From Eledone cirrhosa (Eukaryota), in NCBI GenBank assembly GCA_964016885.1, contig OZ024751.1, forward strand, positions 43,524,001 through 43,588,000: 64,000 nucleotides of DNA. The letters are read 5' to 3'. Each line of letters opens with the position of its first letter. Within the stretch, counting starts at the first letter, position 1. The notes under the pieces were generated by a model. It was not told where the DNA came from. It saw nothing but the letters and a program-made list of their open reading frames with translations, and ran no database searches. Positions 41,759-54,588 of the stretch are shown here, piece by piece. The translations under genes and the position numbers were made by a program.

Positions 41759-43511
41759 CAGCTTTCAGGTTGGAGTTAAATAAAAATGATGTAGTCCCAT
41801 CATCTCTTTTGTTGCATATAATGAAGCGGTGCAGCAAGGCAGAGAGGGAAGAAGGAAAGTGGAGAAACTAGTTTGTTGTCTATCGACCAGAGCTCCCTTG
41901 TTAGACAACATCTCAGGTCTGAAGAGAGCAGGCAATGAAAGTGATGTAGCCAATGGTTTAAACTCACATTGAATGAACTAGACTGACTAGTTACCACTAC
42001 TTAAATGGCTCTCTTTACACCCCAATACACCAGTTAGTGAGGTGTTTTTTTATTTTTTTTCTCCTTTTCTTTTTGTTGATATTTAGTGGCCTAGCAACAA
42101 CCAATGAGCACCTGCTCACATCCTCCTGGCTGTGTGTGGTGGGGGAGTAGGCAATACTATCCTGCAAAATGCTTTGTTCAAAAAGTAGCCTGTGTAGGAC
42201 GACAGGCTGACTGGCTGGTAGGCAGGGAGGATAATTAATAATCTAAATCACAAATGCTAAAGCAACCATGACATGGGATCATTAGAAAGGAAAGGGAAGG
42301 GAAGGAAGAGAATCAACAAGTTAAGCCATAGAAATTCACCTTGATGCCACAACCTGATTTAATACATCATCTAGTTGGAAATATATAATGGTTTAGAAAG
42401 AAAATCTAGATATGTATATACTACCCCATACTAATATATATAATGAAACTTTTAATATACAGCCACAATTTAATTCATGTTCTAAATGAAATATAATGGC
42501 TTCGAAAAAAAAAAAAATCTAGATATACTAGCTCACTAATGCAACTTGTAGATATGTATACAGTGATTCACATTAATATATAATGACTTAGAAAAAAAAA
42601 ATCTAGATATGTATATACTACCTCAAACATTTTAATATACACCAGCAATTTCATTTAATTCATGTTCTAATTGTATGGCTTAGATATAAAATCTAGATAA
42701 GTATATACTAGCTCACACTAAAATATACACCCGCAACACCAATAAATAAAACATTTTAATAAAAATGGAAGTTTAACATCTGCATAAATATTACATCAAT
42801 AAAATATTAATAAGACATGGTTTTATATTACATTACTGTTTCGATATATATAATATATATAGTTGAAACTAATATTATTACATATATACAAAATATGAAA
42901 TTTAATAACTTAATATTAAATGTTTCATTTTTTTTTTATGAATATATAAGTTTGAGTCATCAACTTCATTTAATATTGAGGCAAGGGTTGGACAGGGTTA
43001 GGGTTAGTATATTAACAAAACTAACAACAAAAACAACAAAAAAAAAGACCGCTTCTCACCTGGGTCAGCCATGGTGCTCTTTATGGAAGGGGATGGGTGG
43101 TGAAATAGAAGGCCTGATAAGGGAAGAGGGAAGGGAGAGAGAGAGAGAGAGAGATAACAATCAATAAGGTAAAAGAGAAGAACATGTACTTTATGACACC
43201 TGTTGCTGCTGCTAGTGATGCAGGCTGGCTACCATGGCAACAATGCTTAGCAACCAATTAAATGATTTAATCTAGACATTTGTATATTGTAGAAAAAAAA
43301 AACTGTTTACACTAACAATATATAATATATACACCCACCCATAATAGAAAAGGGTGTAAAAAAAGAAAAAATTCATAACCCCACCTACAATTAGTAAGTG
43401 GTGGGGTGGAGGACAAAAACCTTTTAAGAATTAACAGATGTGATGAGAGAGAGAGAGAGGAGGGGTGTTGGAAAGAAACTATAACTTTAACTCACCTTCT
43501 TTTGAGTCCAT
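23296..43511 (-). CDS. HNRNPK: Heterogeneous nuclear ribonucleoprotein K, spliced CDS: join(43496..43511,39243..39346,38169..38225,36283..36326,34613..34685,34398..34511,33865..33993,33473..33651,32283..32480,31272..31318,30689..30768,30073..30147,29499..29668,23296..23323); 1314 nt, 437 aa
   Basis: All introns are GT-AG and phases are consistent. KH1 ([19 protein letters not shown]), KH2 ([19 protein letters not shown]), a [17 protein letters not shown] linker, KH3 ([19 protein letters not shown]) and the C-terminus SVRKYSDKF* are hallmarks of hnRNP K. Confidence 0.95.
27445..27632. mobile_element. Tc1/mariner-type MITE with TA flanks
   Basis: Imperfect TIRs GTTTCAAAAAATTAGACATCATTT and AAATGATATCTTAATTTTTTTGAAAC. 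Confidence 0.65.
28160..28235 (-). ncRNA. mir-7: mir-7 precursor hairpin in the last intron of hnRNP K (mature about 28227..28205, UGGAAGACUAAUGAAUUUUGUUG)
   Basis: Exact miR-7 seed GGAAGAC, complementary 3' arm at 28190..28168, CCAUGG basal stem; same host intron and strand as known for fly and vertebrate mir-7. Confidence 0.93.
28836..29053 (+). mobile_element. piggyBac-like MITE (TTAA-CCCTTT...AAAGGG-TTAA). Related copies at 23488-23705, 26411-26637, 38297-38520, 59986-60176
   Basis: TTAA on both sides, CCC/GGG termini, shared internal sequence. Confidence 0.75.
29499..29668 (-). CDS. HNRNPK: hnRNP K KH3 exon ([56 protein letters not shown])
   Basis: Highly conserved KH3 sequence; TAG acceptor and GTTAGT donor; 170 nt. 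Confidence 0.97.
30073..30147 (-). CDS. HNRNPK: hnRNP K exon ([25 protein letters not shown]), start of KH3
   Basis: TTQVTIPK motif; CAG acceptor and GTAAGT donor; 75 nt. Confidence 0.95.
30689..30768 (-). CDS. HNRNPK: hnRNP K exon ([27 protein letters not shown])
   Basis: TAG acceptor and GTAAGT donor, phase 1-0; 80 nt. Confidence 0.88.
31272..31318 (-). CDS. HNRNPK: hnRNP K exon ([15 protein letters not shown])
   Basis: ACTAAT then CAG acceptor, GTAAGT donor, phase 2-1; 47 nt. Confidence 0.88.
32283..32480 (-). CDS. HNRNPK: hnRNP K Gly/Met-rich linker exon
   Basis: Open Gly-rich frame, phase 2-2, CAG acceptor and GTAATA donor; 198 nt. Confidence 0.9.
33473..33651 (-). CDS. HNRNPK: hnRNP K linker exon ([26 protein letters not shown]...PPPPPRGG...)
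   Basis: Conserved PYDPxxYDE motif; TAG acceptor and GTAAGT donor; 179 nt. Confidence 0.95.
33865..33993 (-). CDS. HNRNPK: hnRNP K KH2 exon ([43 protein letters not shown])
   Basis: CCxxSTDRVV motif; TAG acceptor and GTAAGT donor; 129 nt. Confidence 0.97.
34398..34511 (-). CDS. HNRNPK: hnRNP K KH2 exon ([38 protein letters not shown])
   Basis: KH motif and canonical splice sites; 114 nt. Confidence 0.97.
34613..34685 (-). CDS. HNRNPK: hnRNP K KH1 end exon ([24 protein letters not shown])
   Basis: Translation and canonical splice sites; 73 nt. Confidence 0.95.
36283..36326 (-). CDS. HNRNPK: hnRNP K KH1 exon ([15 protein letters not shown])
   Basis: Resembles the conserved xASVSVPDxxGPER motif; CAG acceptor and GTATGC donor; 44 nt. 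Confidence 0.95.
38169..38225 (-). CDS. HNRNPK: hnRNP K KH1 exon ([19 protein letters not shown])
   Basis: GXXG loop; TTTCAG acceptor and GTGAGT donor; 57 nt. Confidence 0.97.
38672..38871 (-). mobile_element. tRNA/CORE-like SINE in an hnRNP K intron
   Basis: GTGGCCTAGTGG and GGTTTCGATTCC boxes on the minus strand plus body similarity. Confidence 0.75.
39243..39346 (-). CDS. HNRNPK: hnRNP K exon ([35 protein letters not shown]), bipartite NLS-like motif and start of KH1
   Basis: Translation; CAG acceptor and GTAGGT donor; 104 nt. Confidence 0.95.
43060..43113 (-). CDS. HNRNPK: Optional 54-nt in-frame hnRNP K exon ([18 protein letters not shown]) with internal ATG in CACCATGG context
   Basis: Long TC-rich tract and CAG acceptor, CAG|GTGAGA donor, symmetric phase 1-1, no stop codon. 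Confidence 0.6.
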
Positions 43512-43624
43512 CGTTTAATTGATGACCAAAAGTTTCAATAAAAAACAGAAAGGAGTGCTGTGGAAAGCAGCAAACAGCTCTTGTTAATATAGTTTTATAT
43601 TCTTCACTGAACACTTTACCACAC
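43496..43624 (-). CDS. HNRNPK: hnRNP K exon carrying the probable start codon (ATG at 43511; MDSKE-G)
   Basis: ACTAAT branch-like motif, pyrimidine tract and TAG acceptor at 43625-43627; G|GTGAGT donor; phase 1 matches the next exon. Confidence 0.75.
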
Positions 43625-46258
43625 CTACAAACAAGCAAATGGAAAGAAAAAAGAAAAATTAGTCAATGAGTGTTTGCTGAATATAACATCACATATATAT
43701 ATGTATGTGTGTATATACATACACACACACATAGCAATAAAACTTCCAAGCAGATGCATTAATAAACAATGAAAATAAATTATTCCCAATACAACTATTG
43801 TTACTGATTTTCCACTGTATAAGACGCACTCTTGACGCCAAAACCTGCATACGTCCTATACACTGGAGATAGGGGTTCGACAAAAAAGATCGATAAACTA
43901 AGTTCTAGACTTGAAAATAATAAGTACTGAGTTTCATATGATCGATAAATCAAGGTAGTGGCTCTGTATGGCACAAGTGTGTATATATATTGTGCTCAAT
44001 ATATATACACACACACACATTGTCACCAGTATACGAATATGGAAAGAATAAAAGATTATGGATCAACGAAATCAATTTAATCCATTATTGTTCACCATAA
44101 ATTCAAAAGCGAAAGAAACACACACACACACAAATAAACCTAAAATACAATACTGATCGAGCTACTAGGATTATCATTAATCGATCACTATAAATGATAG
44201 CTGAAAAAAAATCAGGTAAAGTACCCACGGGGACGAGAAAAAGTGGACAATGGCACCCGCTAGGAAATGAACTCTGCAACTCTGGGAAGCCGGAAGAGTG
44301 GATTAACCACTATGCTAAAGCCGCTGGCCATTAAGATTTAAGCCTGTTGATTTAAGAAGCATTGAGAAAATTCGAAATGCGTGTGTCCCAACGCAAATGA
44401 TCACGATAGCCGACCGGTGGGTAAGGTAATACTAGACGGAAAAAAAAAAGCACATGCGTACCCGATGGGATTTCTCTCTTTTAATGACCACAAGGGCACA
44501 CGATGTCGGGGACAATTTTGTTTTTTTTTTTAAATTCAATTCCAAAAAATGCTGGTCCTATACCTGCTATTCACACAGTAAGAATAAAAAGAAAAAAAAC
44601 ATTATTTTTATTTTTAACCAGGCAATCCAACATTTTCGTGACTAAATTTTCAATTTTGTAATGTTTCGTCTTTTATTTATCCAAATAAACGTACCGTGAG
44701 GTGTAAACAATCAGAATTTATTGTTTTAGCTAAATCAGAGAATGGGGGCAGGGTGAATAGACGAACAGTTGTGGGGTAATTTGAAATCAGATTCAGTAGC
44801 TATTTCAGATTATCAGTTTAGGTAAGTTGAACACAAGAAATAATGTGCTGAGCAACTGTTGCACGTATTCTTACTGGCGCATGAGCGCTGAACCGACTAA
44901 ATATTTGAATTTTATCTCTTAGTTTATTTTCAAACGGTTCTTTAAATGTCGTTCGTGCCATATATAGGTTTAGGTGCTTCTCTAAAATAGACACCCCAAC
45001 ACCACCACGATAAATCTATATAAGACAGTAACATAATCTGAACTAATTTACTCCGAATTATAAATTCCATTGTTTCATATATTTCTACACTGAACATTGA
45101 ATTTAGAATGAATTCTGAAGGGACCTACAACCACCACCCTTGCGTGTCTCCAAGGGACAATACCGGTCTATTCTGTGTCCCTACCCTGTAGGACCTCCGA
45201 CCTTCTACGATAATTATATATATATAGAGAGAGAGATAACACTTTTAAATAGTAAAAATACAGAACAGTTAAGATTAAAGTCTGTTCCAAGCTCGGAGCC
45301 TACACCGATTCCGTTGGCGTTAAGCGTAGAATTAAACCTCTCAACTGGAGCAACGTGATTTGAATGAACTGTTTTGCTAAAATAATTTTAAAAAAGTAAA
45401 CAGCAACACGCATCCCTGTCGAAGATTCGAACCCAAGACCAACACCCTAACCACAAGGCCGCGATAAATTTGATCCAACACAGAACAATGTGTAAAACCA
45501 GGATCGAATGAAGAAGATAAAAAGATTTCTTCCGGTTCATCGGATTCATTTAGTATGCTCCGCTCAAATACACACACCGACAACGGAACTTAACGAATCA
45601 TTTTCATATTTAGAGCTCAGGGATTCTCGAAAACCAATCGAAACACACGATTAAGTCACGAAAGATTTAATGAAAAAACTTGTTCAATAAATTACTTTAT
45701 TTTTCTTTGTTCGTACACTATTGAGATGATGGCGACTCGAAACGCTATCTTCTCCACGAAACCCTCTACTATTCTTAAATAAAATTTAAACGAACAGCCA
45801 ACCCCCAACGAAATTATAGATCTGTAGATATGAAGTACAGAACAAATATTGCAATGAGAGAGAGAAATTTATATATTTTATTTAACTAAATACACAATTT
45901 GGCCAAACTTGAAAACTCCAATTCATTATTATAAGACGAGATGAAACCACACTATTTGTTATGTAGCCCCATATATATATATATATTTTACGGCCGCTTC
46001 TCCATGCAGGCATCGGTGGGACATGAAGTTTTAATCGCCTTTTAAGCCAACCCATGAGGACCTTGTCGATCGATTAAGATCAGATACGGTGTATCTATTC
46101 TAAAAAATGCTCCCATATCCGCCCCTAAATATATCAGGAAAGGCATACTGTCAGCATGAAAAGGTGGACGCAATATATATATATATATAAACGAAATGCT
46201 ATATTATTCTTATGTAAGTCTCCCCTTCCAAGTTGAGTGACAACCGATTGTGTCCCTC

Positions 46259-46297
<39 letters not shown>

Positions 46298-47569
46298 GAT
46301 ATAAATAACTGTTGCATCAGTAATAAAAGATTTACCAATCTCACTTTTTTTTCGCACGCAAACTAATAACGATTAATCGATTATATATATATATATATGG
46401 ACATGATTAAAAAAAAAAGGAAAGTACATGAAGGACTGGTGCCATTAACAGCATAGCATGTCAGGCCATTCACCCTGCGGTATTTAGTTCTGAGTTGGAA
46501 TATCACCACAAGAGACTTTGCACACGAGTTACTTGTGCCAGATATTTTAAAATTCCAGATTAAACATACTTAAAACTGGTATTTTGACAAGATGTTCATG
46601 AGTTCAAATGTTAAAGCTAGCTGTTGTCGGTGTGTGTCGATATATATAGATATTAATTGACCCAGACCAGGATGTGGATCATCATAAAGCTAGTCGCACT
46701 AATATAAAAATAAAAAATGAAGACATTTTGAAATTACGCGTGCCATCCAGAAAGCCAAACGGACCGCAGTTTGCCCATGAGTGAGTGATCTATAACCATC
46801 CTACTATCGCAATCACAAACCCGGGACAGTTTGAGAGAACTGGTGTGCAGACACCAGACGCAAACCACCCCGTGGTCTCATGGGGACAGAAAGCCTTATC
46901 CAGGATGATAGCAAGGGGACTCGTTGAAATAGCCAACTCCGCCAGGATAGCAGTGGGTAGGGAGGTGGTTTGGGGACCAAAAACACCAAAGTCTCCACCC
47001 GCAGTTGGTTCAACGACAACTCTATTGGAAAGCGGTCAATACTTCCGAAACCGCATTGGTTTTCGATTAACTACGACACTAACTATACATATGTATTTAA
47101 ATGGGCGATAGTGAAAAGCGGGTCATCTCAACCGAGAGACGAAATCACATGTTGCTCGTAACCCTTTTAATAATCCATATATTCACACACTAACTACGTT
47201 AACACATCGACAGAATAAAAAAAAGTCGGGTAACATGTGTTGAGGAGTGACGAGTGGAAGGGCTAAAGCTAAAAAAAAAGAAAAAAATTAACGACCACAC
47301 CCAATGCGTTCGTTACATAAAGAAAGCACAATTTTATGGTTTTAACACTTTCATGGCTAGAAACACCAACAGGCATTTTTTTTTTTTTTTCATTTAAATT
47401 GTATAAAAAGGCTGAAATTTTTAGATGGAGAAATGGAAGGATGTGATATTCATGCCTTTTCATAGACACTAACACACACGGGAAACGTAAAATTAACCGA
47501 AGTACCTTTGCCACGAAACTCTAGGCTCTTGAATCACTTCTATAACAATCTCACTAAAAATCACCTCTA

Positions 47570-47614
<45 letters not shown>

Positions 47615-48977
47615 TGTGTATGTAAGCCAGATGAGTCTCTCGATTCGTCTTAGACGACTAGTCCAACCCTTGATAGAGAAAACGAATGTTAAACGATGTG
47701 TGAGTGTAGTAAAAAATCGCTAGATGTGAAAAAGGAGAAGTGCTTAATCTGGTATGAGAGCTGATATATCATGAAAAATATGTAACATATATGCAAGCGT
47801 GGAAAAACGGACGTAAAAAAAACGACGATTATTATATGTATCTATGCGTGTCTACAATACTTCCTCTCTTCACACGCACGAGCTTGAGAAACCGATAAGA
47901 CCAAACGCAGGGACACTGCTTTAACCCCCCCCCCCCCATCTCTCTCTATATATATAACAAATATAATAGTTTATTGCAAACTGATTCGATTGAAGAAATC
48001 ATGAACCCCTCATCATTGCATTCTTTGTTTCCTCTGTTAATAAGCTATATTACCAACCATCAGAAAAATTAGTAGCAGTAGTGGTAATAAATATAGTGGC
48101 TTCTTTCACAATTTTTTTCCCCCAGCGTCGATGAGAAGCAACAAGAGGAAGGAAGCAGTGAAAGTAAATTCAGGTTCGAATAGACGCTAAAGATCACCAC
48201 CATTATTATTACTACTACTACTACTACTATATTTAGGGTTAGGTGTAACAGGGCAGTTGGGGAGAGGCAAGGCAACACTAATGAATGGAATTGGTGAAAA
48301 TAGTAGTTAGTAGGGAAAAAACAGTATGGCCACCATGTGACAGGGAAGCAAAGAGATTAAGAGAAGGGGGAGAGACAACAGACAGATGGTAGGAGGAAGA
48401 GGAGATACGACATAAGAGAGAGGTACAGACGGAGGATGTGCGACGCATACACGTACGAATAGAAATATACAAGAGAGGGGAGGAGAGACCACTCACACAT
48501 ACACAAAGAGATGAGAGAAGACACACATACGAGAGGGACGCAGGCAAAGAGAGAGGAAAATACACACACACACACACGGGAGAAATATACATGAGAGAAA
48601 GGGAGAGGAGAAAACACTCACGTACACACGCATAGCCAGGCAGATAGAGTGGAAGGGGGAGGAGAAAGAAGTATACGTGTACATATAGCAACAAGAAATT
48701 TACACAAGCTTACAAAACGTGAAGGCATCTGGAAAACCAGTTTGATTATTTTTACAACCAGACACGTCAGGGATCCAAATAAAGTAAAGCATCATTACCA
48801 CGATAACATGTATTTAAAATAATACAACAAATTCCCATATCCCCCATGCTAGGAGTCCTCCATTGAGTCGTAGCGGCAGCGCAGTGATATACATGCCCAC
48901 TTAAAACCCGACAGGAACTCACTAACCCCTCCTGTAAGGATGTCTTCCAGAGAAAGATATATATATATATATATCTT

Positions 48978-49008
<31 letters not shown>

Positions 49009-49150
49009 CACACACACATAGACCTCGGAAGGGTAAAAAGGCAAAGTTAAGTTTGACCTCGGCGAGATTTGAACTCAGAGCGTTTAGAATGCCGGAACGA
49101 ATAACGCGAGACGTTCCATGCGATCATTCATGTTCCTTTTATTAAGGTTA

Positions 49151-49315
49151 AGTTTCACCTGCTTCTCGCAGGTTCTCGCCTGGTGACCCTGTGAGAAGCA
49201 GGTGAAACTCCAGAGTAACAAGACTCACACTGTTTAAGCCTTAAAATGAATATTTAAACTCTACTTTTGTATTGAGTACTCTTTTTTTCTCTTGGCCGTC
49301 AACTACAAACGGATA
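49151..49315 (+). mobile_element. Degenerate hairpin-tail element with a mutated hammerhead core (49174-49223)
   Basis: CTGGTGA (should be CTGANGA), CCTG..CAGG stem, GAAA-CTC ca GAG-TA; partial inverted arm at 49152-49173; tail motif at 49258-49279. Confidence 0.6.
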
Positions 49316-52300
49316 TTATAGATTATCTGCTCTACGGTTAAGCTTCTGCCACTTCAATAGCAAGCAACCCATTTCCTATTGAAACAGTAGAAACTTTATC
49401 TTTATAAAGCGCATGCATATCGGGTGAGACTTTAAAATGATATCAGTAACGAAAGGGTCTCAAATTTCCTGTTCAAATCACTTGGGAGAGGGTGGGGCTC
49501 AAATCCAGAAACGTAACCAGGGGAGAAAACTCCAGTCTTCGTTGATACAAATAATGCCAACGTGGTGAAAGCAAGGGATATATTTCGACCTTGTTAGATC
49601 TCCTCAGAGAAGCACCTCCATTTTTACACGCATTTCCCAAAATTAAACACTATCTGGTCGCAGTGACACACCAATTTATATTCCTTGCAGTATCAATTAG
49701 TGGAAACAGAATGTTGGTTTCGACGATGAATCTACAAGATGATCGATCAACGGCTTGTTCCTGAAGGTACCTGGAAAACCACTTTCGTAGGTTTACAACC
49801 AGTCACACCAGAGACCCCCAAAAATATGCTGGACCAGATGGCTGTGGGTCGAGCAACATCCTGCTCCTGAAATTAACGTGAATTACAGGTACAGTCAATC
49901 GGATGGGCTTCCAAACAATTTACGTCTACCCAATTTCACTTCAAAAGGCATGCTGGTTCGATACGATGGGAAATGACATGAATTAGGATCGAAACCGGGA
50001 CCTAATGATTGTGAGAGAAAGCAGAATGATCGCTTTCGGTCGATTTTTAAGGAGCCCATTATATGATTGTTCGATGTGCCAGAAATAGAAGCTGCATCTC
50101 CTTCAAAATCAACAGATTACCACACCATCTTCAAGGATACATTGATATACATTAAGAGTATAGTTACAGGTGGAAAGCGTCTTTCGGATTATTGCAGACA
50201 ACCCCAAATTAGCGGGACTCGACCGCTTGGCCAGTTAAATTCGGGTCCCTTATTGAACCGAATCTGCCACAACAATGCAGGTGAACAGACATAACATTGT
50301 GAATCTCATCTAGGTATAAAGGAACAAGTCATTATATACACTATCAATCCCGCCGAAATTAGCTTTCTTTGCCTTTTATCCTTACGGGGTCGATAAAATA
50401 AAAGCACCAGTAACGCAATGGGTTCGATTTAATCGACCACCCACAAAAAAAAAAAAAAAAATTATTGGAATTGCGCCCAAATTAGAAGCCATTATATATA
50501 CTGTCCAATACACAGTGTATGTGTGTGTGCGTGTGCGTGTGTGTGTGTGTGTAAAACTAGTCTCTAAAAAAGACCCGCTGCAATTTATACCTGTTACATT
50601 GCTATGAAAAGAACAGAGCGTTGGTAACAGCTTATAGGTGCCGAGCCAACCAATAGGCCGCTAGAAACAGCAGCAAATAACATTTATCATCATCGCAATC
50701 ATTTTACGCTCGCTTTCTATCCCGACACAAGTTGGACAGGTCGAACGACTGGGCACCATGAAGGTACACAGATAATGTAATCTAAAATATTCCGATTCGA
50801 AAGAAGGGATGGTCATAATTTGAACGTCTTGGATTATAGTCGTTCTCTATGATAAATCTCTAATGGTTAGGATTCCCAGACTCACGATCGTAAGGTCGTA
50901 TGTTTGATTATCTCCCCGAGAAGTAGTTTAGAGGTACTCGTGTCTGTGGTATGATCAGCCACTTTGCACGTTTTCGTTGGTCAAACAACTGGAACACACT
51001 CGTCGTCGTAACCAGCGGAGGTCCACTACAATAGTCGTACCATCCCAGCCCTAGGGGTGGAGGTTTGCAAGAAGAGCATCGAAGGATATGTTATGCATTA
51101 TCTGTACTCCGGTTCCAAACGTTCCGAGTTCAAATTCTGCACTTCGCAAAAATGAACAGGTATAATTAAAACCAGCGTAGTTTCTTTTTAGACGAGGCTT
51201 CATCGAACGACTAGCTAGAATATGTATATATATATATATACATATATATATTGCTTTCAGTCATCAGGCTGAAAGCAATGTTGGTCCACCACTTTAGTCA
51301 ATCATATCGACCCTCAGTGCCTATTTTTCAATTACGAGGCTTAAATACAGATACAGTATGTATGTACACTTACGAATCGACGATGGAATCCCAACCTAAC
51401 GTGTAATATACGCAATGAATCCGGTGATACAAAACGATATTTTCGTTTTCTTATTTCGAGATCAATTATAAAAGAATCCCATTTTTTAAATTATTTCTCA
51501 GTTTAAACATACATGTCGACACGTTGAAAATAAATACATAGAAACACACACACAAATATATATATATGCATTCTCTTTTACAGAAATATATATACATAAT
51601 ATTATACCGTTCTTGGTTTTTTTTTTTTTTTTTTTTTTTACTCGTCGCACCCTTTTTTACCCCCACGAATATGCGAGATGAAAAACCAGCATGCGACTTA
51701 TCTACTGGACCTGCCCAAAGATATACGGTAAACTATGGAAATGCGACATATACATTATATATAGACACACACACACAGAAAGAATCAACTTTGACAACGA
51801 TGATTCGGAATAATGAGGAAGAAATGGTGAGAAAAAAAGACAGGGTAAAATTAAAAGAAAGAGAAAGAAATCAGCAACGATGGTGGCACCGGTTTACTAT
51901 GCGTAGTAATACTACATGTATGTAGGAGGAAGGGGAGACGACGGAACAGCCAACCTCTGACACACTATACACTAAAACTACTGGCACTTCTTTCAATGCC
52001 TCTAACACATCGATTACACACACACACACACATATATATATATACATCGAAATAAAACTAATCGACTTTTATCTCCCAGAAGATTTAATTAATTACGAAT
52101 TAACTAACGAAACTACATCACGAATATTTAAAACTTGAATTGATTTATATATATTTAAATGTATATGTAGGAGAAAAAAAAAAGGAAGGGAATATATTCC
52201 ATTGCGTAATAACACATGGTGCTGCGGCAAGTAGCGTGAGGAGACGACTCCTGATCGGTTTGCTATATCAGAGTATATATTTATTAGTTTACCAATTTAT

Positions 52301-53262
52301 TTTGTCTAAAAACATCAGTCACTTTAATAATTAAGCCATCATCTACTATTTGTTTTAATATTAAATTTTAACAAAATATTTAATATTTAGTAGCAATATC
52401 AACATGCGAACAATTTATGAAAAAAAAAAAGAGAAAAAAAAAATTTACGAGTAAGGAAGGCAACAGTCGGGTTCCTGCAATGAAGTATTTAGTAGCAAAT
52501 ACATTTTGTATTAGTCAGGGTTTGGAAGGTGGAGAAAATAGTGGCATGGGTTCCTTAAAATGAAAGGGTTTAAATAAGAATTTATGAAGCCAAAAGAAAA
52601 AATAAACGCAGAGGATTTTTCGGTTGGGGTTTCAATATCGTTTCGCTTAAACATTCCGAGCGTTCGTAGTTTTATTGATAAAATACACCAGTGTATGTAT
52701 ATCCACCATAGGCCATTACACACATATATACATATATCCACCATAGACCTTTACACATATATCCACCATAGACCTACAGATATATCCACCATAGGCCTTT
52801 ACACAAATATATCCACCTTAAGCCCTTACACACTATATATATATATATATATCTCCACCATAGGTCTTCAGACACACATATATATCTCATCATTTAACGT
52901 CCATTTTCATTTATATATATATATCTCATCATCATCATTTAACGTCCATTTTCAACGCTAGTATAGACAAAATAAGGCTATTGCGGTAGAACTTTACGTC
53001 CATGTGATATAAGTAATGTAATATGTATATGATATGGGTATATATCTAGGCACGCTATGGTGTGTGTGCCGTACAATGCAAATAGTAAAATTTATACACT
53101 TGCAGTCTTTATATATCATCATCATCATTTAACGTCCGCTTCCCTGCTAGCAAGGGTTGAACGGGTCTACATGTTTATGGATCACTCGCCAATGCCGTCC
53201 GGTTTGCAGCATATATGTATATATACATATATCAAATCCCTTTAGTGCACATCTTTTAATAT

Positions 53263-53304
<42 letters not shown>

Positions 53305-53352
53305 AAACTTCATTATTCACAAGTGTTTTTTAAGCTTCATATCATGTATCCC

Positions 53353-53420
53353 TATTTTATCTGATGAAAACGCAGATATCATCACATGATATTTGTTTTT
53401 GAAATGCGCATAATAAAATA
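53353..53420 (+). ncRNA. Type I hammerhead motif (family B), antisense within the presumed hnRNP K first intron
   Basis: Same core and stems as 16184-16254 with a shorter stem II; lies in TA-flanked insert 53317-53452. Confidence 0.8.
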
Positions 53421-53736
53421 TTTGGAACTCTTTTAACCATCTTTTGATCTTTATATATATATATATTATGTATGGGTGACTGGTGCCTAGACACACAAAA
53501 ATCAAGGTAAAAAAAAACCGATTTTCTCAAAAATTTAAAAAGCTCCGCAATGGCGATAAGAAGAAATATATTTCAATCAACACTAAAAGCATAGAAATAT
53601 ATCCCTAGTGTATATATTATACACACACTGGTAATATATCAGTCTAGTCAATTGCAACAAATATATAATTCAGTTTCGTTCATACCACTACTTGCAAGCA
53701 TACCATATATATTTATGTATGTACATATATATATAT

Positions 53737-53771
<35 letters not shown>

Positions 53772-54027
53772 GATATTGCATGCATATTCGCATTATATAC
53801 TCACATATATACACGCACAAAAAATATAAATATATATATATATACAAACACATATATGTATATATATTTCCGAGATCGAAAAAGCCATGAACTACAACGA
53901 GAATATTTTAAAAGCGGGCGGCGTTTTGGAGTGGATAGAAAATATATGGGAGGAAGGGAGATCGTATAACAGAAAATAAATTGAATTGATATATATATAA
54001 ATACATAAATATATTGTAAATGTGGGG

Positions 54028-54060
<33 letters not shown>

Positions 54061-54588
54061 TATGCAAATGGAAAAATTAATAGATCTAAAATATATATTT
54101 TTAAGCTCTCTCTCTTGGGGGAAGACTTTACTCATACTGAAGGGAAAAATTTGTCGTGTGTGAGTAGATGGAAAATATTAATGTTTAAGAGTATATATAT
54201 TTTTTAAAACCCTCTTTTTTTTCATCGAGGCTATAATTTCCAGTGAAGTAGATATAAATGGTTAGAGAGGAAATAAGAAAAGATAGAGAAATAAAAATCT
54301 GGCGCCTTACTTGTATAAAATGTCAGTGAAGAAGAAAGGATAAGATAAAGAAGAGATATAGGAAAGAGAGAGAGAGGGGGGGTTAATGGAAAAATATATA
54401 TAGGCGACCATACTTCAACGTGTTTTATAGACCCTGCTGTGGGAATTATGGACATAAAAATACAATAAATAGATATATAATATAGATCGGTGCATGTTTT
54501 AACTAGTCAGAGAAAAGTGAAAAAAGATAAATAGAGTGGAGAGGAAAATGAAACGAAGGAAGAAAAAAAAAAAAGAGAAGCTACATAC

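Noticed and set aside
44253-44327. tRNA gene on the minus strand
   Set aside because: A and B boxes are present but no convincing cloverleaf; more likely a SINE head. The same applies to about 45410-45462.
46785-47111. 108-aa ORF in the hnRNP K first intron
   Set aside because: No recognisable domain; begins near a hAT-like terminus and is probably repeat-derived.
48069-48694. Overlapping Leu/Ser/Cys-rich ORFs
   Set aside because: Products of GA/CA low-complexity sequence.
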